Source of the DNA: Nitrososphaeria archaeon
GTDB taxonomy: Archaea; Thermoproteota; Nitrososphaeria; Nitrososphaerales; JAAOZN01
Length of the DNA: 64,000 nt
Assembly: GCA_029775855.1 (NCBI GenBank)
Contig: JARVJZ010000001.1
Coordinates: forward strand, 96,001 to 160,000
Reading direction: 5' to 3'
A model generated the notes under the pieces. It saw only the letters and a list, made by a program, of their open reading frames with translations. It had not been told where the DNA came from and made no database searches. A program made the translations under genes and the position numbers. Below, piece after piece: positions 9,714 to 19,734 of this stretch. The stretch's first letter is position 1. Each line of letters starts with the position of its first letter.

Positions 9714-9821
9714 AAGATAAATCCAAAGACTTCTTTATAAACTTTACTGAACAATATTAGCTAAATGGTAAGTGCATGGGGTTAATTGAATCTTTGGAAT
9801 ATTGTCTATTTGATACTTTTT

Positions 9822-10217
9822 CTAAATATAGAGTATTAGAGCACCTTTGGCTGCTTCTAAGAAAGCCGCAAGATCCATAACATCACTCCTAATTACCTCT
9901 GGCAATATTTTAGATTCCTCTTCAGTAATTTCACTTTTCGCTAAGATCGTTGCAAGATCTTTACCCCTTTTGACTATACGATCGTGGACGCCTAGTAAAT
10001 TTTCGAAGTATTGCTGCCTGAAGATCTTTATGTGAGAAGGGTAGAAGATCTCTTCTTCCCATCTGAAGTGAGGGCCAGTCAGCTTATCTAACTTGAGGAG
10101 AATCTCTAAGGCTTTAGTAGCGTCTCGTTTGCTGATTGTATCGATTAGTTCAAGCAGGATGTCTCGAACTTTTGTATGGTTGGATTTTATTTCAGTTATT
10201 ATATCTAATCTCGCAAT
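9822..10217 (-). pseudogene. Hemerythrin (HHE)-domain protein lacking a canonical start; missing from the ORF track
   Basis: Manual translation IARLDIITEIKSNHTKVRDILLELID...GPHFRWEEEIFYPS...LLGVHDRIV; begins at ATT a few codons after an in-frame TAA. Confidence 0.65.
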
Positions 10218-10356
10218 TTTCTTTCGCTGTTAAAGGGTATAACAGTGTAATATATAAATATATCGCTGCTATAAGAAAAATATCGAAAAAGCGGCGAACT
10301 AAATAACGGAATAAGTGTAAATAAATATATTAGCATCAATCAGCATCGCTTAAGAG

Positions 10357-10830
10357 GTGATATACGTGATGGAATCTCAGACTACACCTCTAGGGTTTAT
10401 AAAATATAGGATCAAGGTTTCAGATACCGATTGTGGGGGTCGAGTCTTCTTCCCTAGTTATGTTAGGCTTCTTAACGAAGCGATACTCCATATGTTTAGG
10501 GTGCGTGGCGTTACTCTGCACGGCACATTCTCCTTAACCTATATTGATGGTAAGCCGCTTGAAGGACATTTCGTTGTAGGCGAATATTCTTGTCGTATAG
10601 AAGCACCCTCTCAATACGATGATGTGGTGATTATAGAGGTGTGGATTAAGAAGATTGGGGAGCATTCTATAACTTTTGAAGGACAGATGATAGATACACA
10701 AGCCAGAAAAAAACTTGCAAGCGGTTGGATAACTTACGTCTATGTTCACAACGATAAATCCAAGAAGATTCCTGTGGAGCTTATTGAACGTATAAAAGCT
10801 ACTCCAAAGTCTTCAGAAGATTACTTCTAA
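10357..10830 (+). CDS. Acyl-CoA thioesterase (4HBT/YbgC hotdog fold)
   Basis: RIKVSDTDCGGRVFFPSY motif. Confidence 0.85.
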   Translation: MIYVMESQTTPLGFIKYRIKVSDTDCGGRVFFPSYVRLLNEAILHMFRVRGVTLHGTFSLTYIDGKPLEGHFVVGEYSCRIEAPSQYDDVVIIEVWIKKIGEHSITFEGQMIDTQARKKLASGWITYVYVHNDKSKKIPVELIERIKATPKSSEDYF

Positions 10831-10950
10831 CGACGAACCTACTACACATCCTTCTGCTTGGTTTAAAATTAAAGATGATAGCTGATTAAGCGATGCTTTC
10901 GGTGCACGTAAAGTTAAAAAAAGAAGGTAGAGTAGAAGTAGTGTAATAAT

Positions 10951-11844
10951 TTGGTTAAGATTCTGATAGTTGGGCATATAACAATAGATCAAATAGCCTC
11001 ATATAACAGAGTCCTCACCTCGGTGGGGGGTCCTCCTAGTTATGTAGGTCTTATGGCAACGCGGCTAGGAGCTCAGGTAGATGCTGCTACGAAAGTGGGT
11101 TTGGATTTTCCTGAGCAATACCTCCTATTCCTCTCTAGATATATCAATCTCCTTAGCGCAAGTTTATCCTATACAAAGCCAACTACAAGATTTTTACTTC
11201 AGCAGCAAGGTGATGATAGAACAATAAAGTTAATAGCTCGTTGTGAAGATATAGAAGAGAATCAAATAATCAGCAGAAACTATGACATATGTGTGTTAAA
11301 TCCCGTGGCTGGAGAAGTCTCTGCCAAAGTTGCTGCCGCTTCGAAGAATTCAGCTAAATGCTTGTTTATGGATCCGCAAGGTTTTCTTAGAAGATTCGAT
11401 TCAGAAGGTTTCTGCACACTATCCTCCATGGATAAAGATCTTTTAAAAGATGTGGATGTTTTGAAGGTTGATTATGAGGAGATGCGCTGCATAACAGGGT
11501 TGCAAGATCCACAGCAAGCTTTGAGTGAACTGCATAAGTTAGGGCCAAAATTAGTTATTTTAACTGCACATAGAGGGTATGTTACTATTTCTACATCGAA
11601 GAGTATCTACAAGATACCAATACCTGAATACGAAGGTGAAAAAGAAGTAACGGGTGCTGGTGATATTCTTGTAGGCGCCTTTGCAGCAACTTACGCTCAA
11701 AATATGGATGTGTTGTGGGCTGGTTGTGTAGGTGTTTCTGCGGCTTCTCTCTCGGTAAGAGGAGTAGGTATATCAAAGATACCTAGTCGTGAAGATGTCT
11801 TACAATTTGCTGAGGGGATATTCAGAGGAGTTGAAATCTACTGA
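10951..11844 (+). CDS. PfkB-family carbohydrate kinase
   Basis: VGHITID, GGPPSY, DPQGFLR and VTGAGD motifs. Confidence 0.9.
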   Translation: MVKILIVGHITIDQIASYNRVLTSVGGPPSYVGLMATRLGAQVDAATKVGLDFPEQYLLFLSRYINLLSASLSYTKPTTRFLLQQQGDDRTIKLIARCEDIEENQIISRNYDICVLNPVAGEVSAKVAAASKNSAKCLFMDPQGFLRRFDSEGFCTLSSMDKDLLKDVDVLKVDYEEMRCITGLQDPQQALSELHKLGPKLVILTAHRGYVTISTSKSIYKIPIPEYEGEKEVTGAGDILVGAFAATYAQNMDVLWAGCVGVSAASLSVRGVGISKIPSREDVLQFAEGIFRGVEIY

Positions 11845-12869
11845 TTTACACCTATTAGAGATAGTAGCTCATTGTATGTTGATAGCGCTTCTTCTTCGCT
11901 CTTAACGTTCTTTAGAAGCATTCTACCCTGCCTAAATAGGCTGACCTCAACCCCTTTATATTCAAAGACTAGAATGATAGGGGAGCTTATTAATACCTTG
12001 TAGCCGCTAATCTTCTTAAGAGCTTCATTTAGATCTATGCTTAGGGGCTTAGGTGGGTTGACGTTCACAGTGTCTCTACCACACATCCAAGTTAACTTCT
12101 CTCTCTGCTCCGCTTCTCTTTCAACCTTCTGCTGACAAACCCTACATCCCTCCGTCTTTATTAATTCAATTGTTAGGAACTCCATTCTTCTAAAGTCGCA
12201 GACCAGTAGCCTATTCTTTAGGCTGCCTTCGATTCCGGCTAAGAGCTTAATGGCTTCTAAAGCTTGGATGGCGGCTATGGCTCCAGGAGTGGCACCTATT
12301 ACTCCTCTCGTTGAGCAGGTTGGCAGTATGTCATCGTCTAACCCTGGGAATACACATTCTAAGCAAGGTGTTTCTGGCGGGTGGAAGATGGACACATTTC
12401 CTTCCAACCCTAAAGCGCCTCCAAAGACAAAGGGTATTCGTTTTTTTACACACGCTTCATTAACGATGTATCTTGTGCTCATATTATCTAAGCCATCTAC
12501 GACGCAATCTACGCCATCGATGATGCTATCTACATTAGAGCGTCTAACGTTTTCAGGAACTATATCAATCTTCACGTCTGGGTTTATTTCTGTCAACTTT
12601 TTAGCTGCAACTTCAACTTTTGGGTATCTGAGGTCTTTTCTGGTGTAGAGCGCTTGGCGATGTAGATTGTGGAGTTCTATCGTATCTTGATCTACTAGCC
12701 TAAGATAGCCTACACCGGCTAAAGTTAAGTAGAGTGATGAGATGCTTCCAAGTCCGCCTACCCCTATAATCGCAACTCTTGCTTTGCTGAGCTTCTGCTG
12801 TCCAACTCTACCGAGCTCTGGCATGGTTATCTGGCGTAGATAATATTCGCTGAAGGTGTCTGCTTGCAT
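11838..12869 (-). CDS. HesA/MoeB/ThiF E1-like adenylyltransferase (UbaA-like) with C-terminal extension
   Basis: GVGGLGS, DQDTIELHNLHRQ, DGLDN, PCLEC, PTCSTRGV and CRVC motifs. Confidence 0.92.
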   Translation of the reverse strand: MQADTFSEYYLRQITMPELGRVGQQKLSKARVAIIGVGGLGSISSLYLTLAGVGYLRLVDQDTIELHNLHRQALYTRKDLRYPKVEVAAKKLTEINPDVKIDIVPENVRRSNVDSIIDGVDCVVDGLDNMSTRYIVNEACVKKRIPFVFGGALGLEGNVSIFHPPETPCLECVFPGLDDDILPTCSTRGVIGATPGAIAAIQALEAIKLLAGIEGSLKNRLLVCDFRRMEFLTIELIKTEGCRVCQQKVEREAEQREKLTWMCGRDTVNVNPPKPLSIDLNEALKKISGYKVLISSPIILVFEYKGVEVSLFRQGRMLLKNVKSEEEALSTYNELLSLIGVNQ

Positions 12870-12923
12870 ACAGTTCGGGTTAACTATTAGTAGATATAAA
12901 GTGTATTAAACAATGTTTTAATG

Positions 12924-13322
12924 TCACGGAAGAATCTCTATCTTTTTGACGGTTTTGTTTTGGGTATAATATGCGCCTATAGATTTATCAAGCATAGATG
13001 CGATTAGCCACACCATAGGGTTCGCCTTCATATACTCAAGGTCAATATTTGATGGTTCTGCTGGCGCTGGATGGGAATGGAAGACGCCTATAACCTCTAA
13101 TCCAATTCTATCGGCTTCATCAAAAACCTCAAACACCTCAGAGGGGTCAATCTTAAAGGCTACAGCAGAATCTAAAATATTTGATGCAGGAGTTACCTTA
13201 AGCACAGTAAACCCCTCACTGCTTGTTCTGCCTAAAAGGAAAGCACAAGCCTCTTTAGGTCTATGCGTCTCAACCAATTCATAAAGAAATCTCCTATCTC
13301 TGAAACTTAGAAATAGGTACAT
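12924..13322 (-). CDS. JAMM/MPN+ (M67) metalloprotease, desampylase-like
   Basis: PKEACAFL...GVFHSHPAPAEPSNID JAMM motif; adjacent to the E1-like gene. Confidence 0.9.
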   Translation of the reverse strand: MYLFLSFRDRRFLYELVETHRPKEACAFLLGRTSSEGFTVLKVTPASNILDSAVAFKIDPSEVFEVFDEADRIGLEVIGVFHSHPAPAEPSNIDLEYMKANPMVWLIASMLDKSIGAYYTQNKTVKKIEILP

Positions 13323-13386
13323 CAGAATAAGGTTAAGCAGCGGTCTTCAAAAAGCTTAAGATTTTCTTGAAATAGGAGGTTAGGGT

Positions 13387-13746
13387 ATGAGCGGAGAACA
13401 AAAGAAACTAAAGCGCGCTACGCAAAAGAGAAAGACAAATTCCGAAGCTAAGACTGTTAGAAAGAGAGTATATTCCAAAGAGAAGAAAATTGAAAAGAAG
13501 GAGTCTAAGCCTAACATTCAACTGAAACCAAAGACTGAACCACCCAACGCAGTGGTGCTCAAAAGGCATCACCTCTTGGTTAAGCAAAGAAGCGGCAAAG
13601 GCTTTTCCATAGGCGAACTGAAGGCTATCGGGTTGTCGCTAAAGCAAGCTCTAAAGCTGAGGCTGAAAGTCGATAAAAGGAGGAAAACGGTTCACGAGTG
13701 GAATGTTAAAGCGCTTCAACTCTACCTAGGGATTAAGGCTGTTTGA
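13387..13746 (+). CDS. rpl13e: 50S ribosomal protein L13e with basic N-terminal extension
   Basis: RSGKGFSIGELKAIGL...LKVDKRRKTVHEWNVKAL. Confidence 0.92.
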   Translation: MSGEQKKLKRATQKRKTNSEAKTVRKRVYSKEKKIEKKESKPNIQLKPKTEPPNAVVLKRHHLLVKQRSGKGFSIGELKAIGLSLKQALKLRLKVDKRRKTVHEWNVKALQLYLGIKAV

Positions 13747-14628
13747 TCCCAAGCGCTCATATGTGAATAAGTACTGCTGAGCGTACCCAGCATATCCACC
13801 AAAATAATCTATCATCTTTAATCGAACCTTATTATACGCTGTAGTAGTAAAAGATTTGTCTTTTAGCTTGCTGATTAACTCGGTATCGAACAGTTGCCGA
13901 TAACATCTTACCAAGCTGCGTCTAACCCATCGATCTATTGGAAAGGCTTCAAGTTTACCATATCCAAAGAGTAGTATACAATCAGCAACTTTGTTACCTA
14001 CGCCCTTAAACAGCTTCTTATTTAGCAGTGTAAGTCTAGCTTCCTCATATTGCTGCTCTGCAAGACTGGGTAAAAGATCAGGATTAGCTTCTACTATTTT
14101 AGCAGCCTCTAATATCCAAGGTGCGCGATACCCTAAACCAGTCTCATATAACCCCTTTAAGCCGTGGCTTAAGATTGCTTGTGGTGTAGGAAATAGGTAT
14201 ACTCTCTCCTTATTAAACATACTAGCGACCCCGAATCTACGACATAATTCGCCTAGTGTAGTCTCAACTCTTCTTATGTTTGTGTATGTTGCTGTGATGA
14301 AAGAGATGAGTGTCTCCCAAGGATCTTGCTTAAGTATTCTTAACCCTCGGTATGCTTTAAGAGCAGCGTGTATATGTTGATCTTTGTCTATTGAATCATA
14401 GATCTTAAGGAGATCATCCTTTAGCCCAAAGTATCTTAAAACTATATCTTCCTCCAACGCTTCGTTAGCTTTAAGTATGAGCTTATCCTTAATTTGTAAA
14501 GCTTTTACAGCTGTTGAGCCTATTACACCATACCAGCTCTCATCTACTTTGCGCCATCTGAAGGTCTGACCAGAGTTCAATGTAAAATCGAGGTTGAACG
14601 GCTGATGCAACCTTATCTCAAACAACAT
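13726..14628 (-). CDS. ogg1: 8-oxoguanine DNA glycosylase (Ogg1 family)
   Basis: TLNSGQTFRW, LRILKQDPWETLISFI, HhH-GPD KGVGNKVADC, FPIDRW, YAGYAQQYLF. Confidence 0.92.
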   Translation of the reverse strand: MLFEIRLHQPFNLDFTLNSGQTFRWRKVDESWYGVIGSTAVKALQIKDKLILKANEALEEDIVLRYFGLKDDLLKIYDSIDKDQHIHAALKAYRGLRILKQDPWETLISFITATYTNIRRVETTLGELCRRFGVASMFNKERVYLFPTPQAILSHGLKGLYETGLGYRAPWILEAAKIVEANPDLLPSLAEQQYEEARLTLLNKKLFKGVGNKVADCILLFGYGKLEAFPIDRWVRRSLVRCYRQLFDTELISKLKDKSFTTTAYNKVRLKMIDYFGGYAGYAQQYLFTYERLGSNSLNP

Positions 14629-14678
14629 ACAAACACTTATACAGCTATAAACTAAATAAGGCTATTCGTTAGTTTAAA

Positions 14679-15248
14679 GTGGTGTTGCAGCCAAATCGCA
14701 AAAAGCGTGTCGCTCTAGATGTGGACGGCACATTAGCAGATGTTATGCCGATGTGGGTTAAGGTCTATAACGAGGAATATAACAAGAACCTTGACTACCA
14801 GAATATAAGTCAATGGGCTTTTTGGATAAGTTTAGGCATAACCACGCGCGAGTTCTTTAGAATATTCTCAAAGGCTTGGTCAAGATGGGAGGAAATTCAA
14901 CCCACAGAAACGAATATAACACAGACTATAAAAACGCTGAATCGATTATGTGTAGTCGATATAGTTACTGGAAGAACAAAGGACACTTTAAAATTCGTTA
15001 AGAATTGGCTGCGCAAGCATCAGATCCAATACCAAAACTTTATAGCCGTATCTTCATGGCAACACAAGATCTATCTCCCATACGACCTTTACATAGATGA
15101 CTCACCAGACTTGGCACAGTTAGCGGCACATAAACAAAAGATGGTTTTACTCTATAACCGACCATGGAACACTATGGTAATGGAAGGTCCTTGGATTAAG
15201 CGTATCAACAACCTTAAAGAAGCTATTAAAACTATAGTTTGCGATTGA
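14679..15248 (+). CDS. HAD-superfamily 5'(3')-deoxyribonucleotidase (NT5C-like)
   Basis: LDVDGTLAD, IVTGR, YIDDSP and RPWN motifs. Confidence 0.85.
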   Translation: MVLQPNRKKRVALDVDGTLADVMPMWVKVYNEEYNKNLDYQNISQWAFWISLGITTREFFRIFSKAWSRWEEIQPTETNITQTIKTLNRLCVVDIVTGRTKDTLKFVKNWLRKHQIQYQNFIAVSSWQHKIYLPYDLYIDDSPDLAQLAAHKQKMVLLYNRPWNTMVMEGPWIKRINNLKEAIKTIVCD

Positions 15249-15251
15249 AAT

Positions 15252-15839
15252 TTAAGGTCGGTTTAACCTACTAACATCAAATACGATGGTTGAAGGAGGC
15301 AGATGAATATCTAACATCCGCTCAGGCGGAGGTATAAAGTTCAACACATACATAAGAGTAGCCCTTTTGGTCGATCTACTTAAAGGTGCTTTTGAGTCGA
15401 AAAACACAGCTAGAAGGCGCTCCCCAAGAGCTTGTGGTAAATTAGGTCGGTCAAGCCTTATATGAGGCTCAAACAACACATCAAACTCGTGCCTATAGGT
15501 TTCACCCCAAAGAGTAAAACGATACTCTACATTCACATAAGGTATAGAGAGACGAAACTTATGGGGATTCGTCGCTGAATGCAAAATATCATTTTGCAAA
15601 TAAAGCCGTCTATGGAGCTCGTCGTAAAAAGGCACCTTAGCATAAACTGTCGCACGCTGCTGTCTTCTAGTAGCCAACACCTCATACTTCTTAAACTCTT
15701 GGTCGGGAAGATTTGAAAGCCCATACTTACCATCATCCTTTTTAGTAACCATCCTATTGACAATTACATGTATGTTAGAATCAGTCGCTCTTCTTAAATT
15801 CTCCACAAACTGATGCTCGTTGCAATCATAGGTGGGCAT
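15252..15839 (-). CDS. Conserved-looking hypothetical protein
   Basis: 195-aa ORF with normal spacing; no motif recognised. Confidence 0.7.
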   Translation of the reverse strand: MPTYDCNEHQFVENLRRATDSNIHVIVNRMVTKKDDGKYGLSNLPDQEFKKYEVLATRRQQRATVYAKVPFYDELHRRLYLQNDILHSATNPHKFRLSIPYVNVEYRFTLWGETYRHEFDVLFEPHIRLDRPNLPQALGERLLAVFFDSKAPLSRSTKRATLMYVLNFIPPPERMLDIHLPPSTIVFDVSRLNRP

Positions 15840-15852
15840 GCTTAACTACCTA

Positions 15853-16131
15853 CTAAAGTATGCTGCATAGCGCTTCAATCGTCTCCTTCTTCCCACAGAT
15901 CGTAACAATTGGGTCACGTAAATGATAAAATCTTCCGATTTCATCAGAAACGCTTACTACTTCTTGCCCATTTATGTAGAGCCTTCTACGCCAAAATCTA
16001 TCATCCGATACAATAGTAGCTTCGGAGTGCAGTTTAAAGCCGAGCTCTATCAACTTACTTTCTACAGTATCTGAAGGCACCATACTAGGAAGTGACTTTA
16101 TCCTTAGTTCACTTTTTCCCCTGATGTTCAA
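15853..16131 (-). CDS. Hypothetical protein
   Basis: 92-aa ORF co-oriented with the downstream gene. Confidence 0.6.
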   Translation of the reverse strand: MNIRGKSELRIKSLPSMVPSDTVESKLIELGFKLHSEATIVSDDRFWRRRLYINGQEVVSVSDEIGRFYHLRDPIVTICGKKETIEALCSIL

Positions 16132-16252
16132 CCCTATCTGTGTTTATTAGAGGTTCTTAAAATGTTTAGCTCTAGCTAAAACAGCTAACGTTTAATGCCA
16201 TCAATTTTAGTAAAAGTTTGCTACAGTTAACCATTTAGGTAGCTACTTGATG

Positions 16253-17347
16253 TTAAGCGTGTTCGAACTTACAGATGTCTGATGGTTCTTCTAAGTATCG
16301 GTTGATCGTAATTTCACATATGGTGCTGCAATAGTCTGCAATCTGCCCCAGTGTCCAAATTATTGTTCTGAGCGATAGGTAGTAGTTGAGGTTCGGAGTA
16401 GCGCACTCAGAGGGCTCTTCACTGCAATATCTAATGGTTGTAAAGATCTTTTCTGTAAGGTTATTGACAACTAGGCTTACTTGATCCACTTTTTGTGCCG
16501 CTTCGTTAGCAAGCTTTAGATCCAGCTGGAAGAAGGACTTTACTGCTTTGCTGTATATCTCCTCAACAAGGTCAAAGAGCCCATACATCGCACCTAGTAT
16601 ATCTTCATCATACTGATTGTAATCTCCTTCTATCATGCGGATCGTCTCTATAGCAATTTCTTCTACACAGTCTCCTATCTCCTCGAGGAATTTGGCAACA
16701 GTTCTACTACCTATAATATGTAGAGGGTGATCTATCCCAAGCTTCTTTCCTATTGTTCTGTCCCTTATTGCTAATAGAAGCTGCCTAACAACCATCCAAT
16801 ATATTCTGTCTACTTCATTCTCCATATGCAACACTTCGTTAGCAAGGTCCTTCCGCTTCTCTTTTAAGCTGCGGTTAGTCGCATCTAGCATAGAAGATGT
16901 AATGATATAGAGCCTTCTTAGAAGCCCATTTACTGGAAACTTCGTTGGGTCAACAAAGTTTTGTAATATAGTGTAGGTTAATGTCTGCTCCACTATACTT
17001 ATTCCAGTAAGCCTCTGGACAGTTTTTCTAATTTCGTCTAGCTGGAATTTACTTAACCCCTTTCTAGAAACGATTTGAATGGTATCATGCCCAATGATAT
17101 ACATGCCAGTTATGAGCCGTGTAAGTAGCCCTTCATCAGCTATCTTATCTGCTTCAACAACCACTTTAAGAGGGCTCTTTGTCTCTTTGCTCACCCCAGG
17201 AAGTAGTCTGAGGGATCCATCTGCATCTCTAATTAGTGAAACTACATCACCTTGTTTCAGACCTACTTCTTTAACCCATTCTCTTGGCAAAGAAACGACT
17301 AATGTGGAATAGCCTACTTGCTGAACCTTCCTGACTTCTAACTCCAT
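16253..17347 (-). CDS. phoU: Archaeal phosphate-uptake regulator (AbrB N-terminal domain + 2 PhoU domains)
   Basis: RKVQQVGYSTLVVSLPREWV; ENEVDRIYW; LEEIGD; QIADY. Confidence 0.9.
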   Translation of the reverse strand: MELEVRKVQQVGYSTLVVSLPREWVKEVGLKQGDVVSLIRDADGSLRLLPGVSKETKSPLKVVVEADKIADEGLLTRLITGMYIIGHDTIQIVSRKGLSKFQLDEIRKTVQRLTGISIVEQTLTYTILQNFVDPTKFPVNGLLRRLYIITSSMLDATNRSLKEKRKDLANEVLHMENEVDRIYWMVVRQLLLAIRDRTIGKKLGIDHPLHIIGSRTVAKFLEEIGDCVEEIAIETIRMIEGDYNQYDEDILGAMYGLFDLVEEIYSKAVKSFFQLDLKLANEAAQKVDQVSLVVNNLTEKIFTTIRYCSEEPSECATPNLNYYLSLRTIIWTLGQIADYCSTICEITINRYLEEPSDICKFEHA

Positions 17348-17573
17348 CCTCAGAAAATATATTACACTTACTACTATATATCATTTATTATGCCAGTGTG
17401 ATGGTGTACATACTATATACTTTGTTCTGAATCCGAGGATAAGGCTGCTCCGCGGGTTAGAAATCGGTGTAGCGTTTATGTCAAGAATAAGAAGGGGATT
17501 AAGAATAGTATATACAATAGTAAGAAAATTTAGGTAAGATATATACGCGTGGCTAAAGGTAGTATAAGCGAAC

Positions 17574-18503
17574 TTGGCTTCCGAAGTCAAGCCTTCATTA
17601 GTTCTAGGTCAAACGGTTGCTTGCCCAGTTTGCACCTCAACTTCTATAATAATAGACACTTCGGCGGGCGAAGTGCTTTGTAAGATGTGCGGTGCCGTGC
17701 TTAATGAGAGCGTACCTACTTTTACGCCTGAATGGAGAAACTTTGGAGACAATGATAATTCAAGGGCTGGACTACCATATACACTGCTCTCTTGCGATAA
17801 AGGGCTATCAACAACGATCTCTACATCATGTAAGGATGCCAATGGTAAAGCTATATCTGCTGAAGAAGCTGAATTGATCAATAGGATTCGTCTACTCGAT
17901 AAACGTGCCAACTTGCAGAACTCAACCAACCGTTCGCTGCAAAAAGGGTTAAGGGAACTCGAGAAGATCGCGGATAAGCTTGGAGTAAGCAAGACCATAT
18001 TGGAGCAAGCTGCTTGGATATACAGGAAAGTCCTTAAAGAAGGCTTCACAAGAGGTAGGCCTATCCAAGCAACAGCAGCTGCTGCGTTATATGCTGCTTG
18101 TAGAGATTTAGAGACACCTAGAACCATAAAAGACTTTGCAGCAATCACGAATGTATCAAAGAAAGACTTGGCTAGATGCTATAGGAAACTGTTATCAGTA
18201 ATAGATCTTCAGCTCCCTATCGTTGACCTCATGAAATGTGTATCTAGAGTAGCTGCAAGTGTAGGCTTCGGTGAACGGGCTAAACGAAGAGCGATAGAGT
18301 TGGTAAAGTTAGCACAATCTTCTGGGAATGTGACTGGTAAAGATCCCATGGGTACTGCCGCTGCAGTCCTTTATATTGCAGGAACATTAGAAGGGGAGCG
18401 TGTGCGGCAAAAAGATTTAGCTAAGGCTGCTGGCGTGACTGAAGTAACAATCAGAAATAGGTGTAGAACTCTTAAGGGCTTTTTGAAGATGAACAGTTTA
18501 TAA
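17574..18503 (+). CDS. tfb: Transcription initiation factor IIB (TFB), second and more divergent paralog
   Basis: CPVC..CKMCG, PEWRNF, DKGLST, GKDPMG, GVTEVTIRNRC. Confidence 0.93.
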   Translation: MASEVKPSLVLGQTVACPVCTSTSIIIDTSAGEVLCKMCGAVLNESVPTFTPEWRNFGDNDNSRAGLPYTLLSCDKGLSTTISTSCKDANGKAISAEEAELINRIRLLDKRANLQNSTNRSLQKGLRELEKIADKLGVSKTILEQAAWIYRKVLKEGFTRGRPIQATAAAALYAACRDLETPRTIKDFAAITNVSKKDLARCYRKLLSVIDLQLPIVDLMKCVSRVAASVGFGERAKRRAIELVKLAQSSGNVTGKDPMGTAAAVLYIAGTLEGERVRQKDLAKAAGVTEVTIRNRCRTLKGFLKMNSL

Positions 18504-18599
18504 AAGCGAGTGCTCTTTGGGTTAGATTTATATCCACGACCTAACCCGCCTAAAGGCTGTTAAGCTTGATAGCGCTTAACAGAGTAGGTAGATATAAGT

Positions 18600-19724
18600 T
18601 TGCCAGAACCGGGTATAGTAAAGTATCTAGTGAAGTTAAAGTTCGATGTAGAGGGTGTTGTTGAAAAAGCTGATGTAATCGGAGCGATCTTCGGTCAAAC
18701 TGAAGGATTGTTTGGCCCAGAGATGAACCTAAACGAGCTTCAAAAATCTTGGAAGGTGGGTAGGATAGAAATCAGCATAAGTTCAAAAAATGATAAAACA
18801 AGCGGCGAAGTTCTAATTCCGATGTCTACAGATATATCAACAGCTGCACTTGTAGCAGCGGCTGTTGAAAGCGTAGATAAAGTAGGGCCTTGCTCAGCGC
18901 ATTTCACGTTAGTAGGAATAGAGGATGTACGGGCTGCTAAGAAGAAGCTTATCGTTGAGCGGGCTAAGCAGATTTTAAGAGAATGGGCTTCAAAAACTAT
19001 GAGTGAAAGCGAAGAAATCGTCCGAGACGTCATCGAATCGACAAAAAGGGCTCGCCTAATTTCTTTTGGCAAAGAGGGGCTGCCTGCTGGACCTGGGGTA
19101 TATACAGCTGAGAAGATAATTTTGGTGGAAGGAAGGGCTGACGTGATAAACCTACTTAGAGCGGGTTTCGAAAACGTTATCGCCCTTGAAGGTGCAAAGA
19201 TACCTGAGTCGTTGATTAGATTTATCCGAGAAAAGAAGGTTATACCTTTTTTAGACGGAGATAGAGCTGGCGATCTAATACTGCGTGAATTAGAGCAAGT
19301 AGGTGCAAATATAGAACGTGTGATTAGAGCGCCGAGAGGCAAGGAGGTTGAGGAGTTGACACCCGTTGAGATCATAGAGCTGTTAAGAGAAGAAATTAAA
19401 CCTGTTAAACACATTCAAGTAGAAGACGCTTTTACTGGAAAGGTAAAAGACCTTTACAACACTCTTAACGGCACCTTGGAAGCTGTAATACTCGACGATG
19501 CTTTAAATGAGGTTGCACGAATGCCTGTTAACGAGCTCTATACGCGTTTGGAAAATGCAAGCGGGTATGCTCACATCGTCTTTGATGGTATTATAACGCA
19601 GAGGCTTGTAGATGCTGCTTCAAAGATCGGTGTAAAGACGCTTATTGGGCATAGATTGGGTGAGCTACAAAATATACCAAATGGTATTAAAGTCAACACT
19701 TTCAAAGATCTTGGAATAGAGTAG
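18600..19724 (+). CDS. dnaG: Archaeal DnaG (TOPRIM; exosome-associated)
   Basis: GVVEKADVIGAIFGQTEGL, ILVEGRADV, FLDGDRAG, DGIITQRL. Confidence 0.96.
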   Translation: MPEPGIVKYLVKLKFDVEGVVEKADVIGAIFGQTEGLFGPEMNLNELQKSWKVGRIEISISSKNDKTSGEVLIPMSTDISTAALVAAAVESVDKVGPCSAHFTLVGIEDVRAAKKKLIVERAKQILREWASKTMSESEEIVRDVIESTKRARLISFGKEGLPAGPGVYTAEKIILVEGRADVINLLRAGFENVIALEGAKIPESLIRFIREKKVIPFLDGDRAGDLILRELEQVGANIERVIRAPRGKEVEELTPVEIIELLREEIKPVKHIQVEDAFTGKVKDLYNTLNGTLEAVILDDALNEVARMPVNELYTRLENASGYAHIVFDGIITQRLVDAASKIGVKTLIGHRLGELQNIPNGIKVNTFKDLGIE

Positions 19725-19734
19725 CATCTATACG

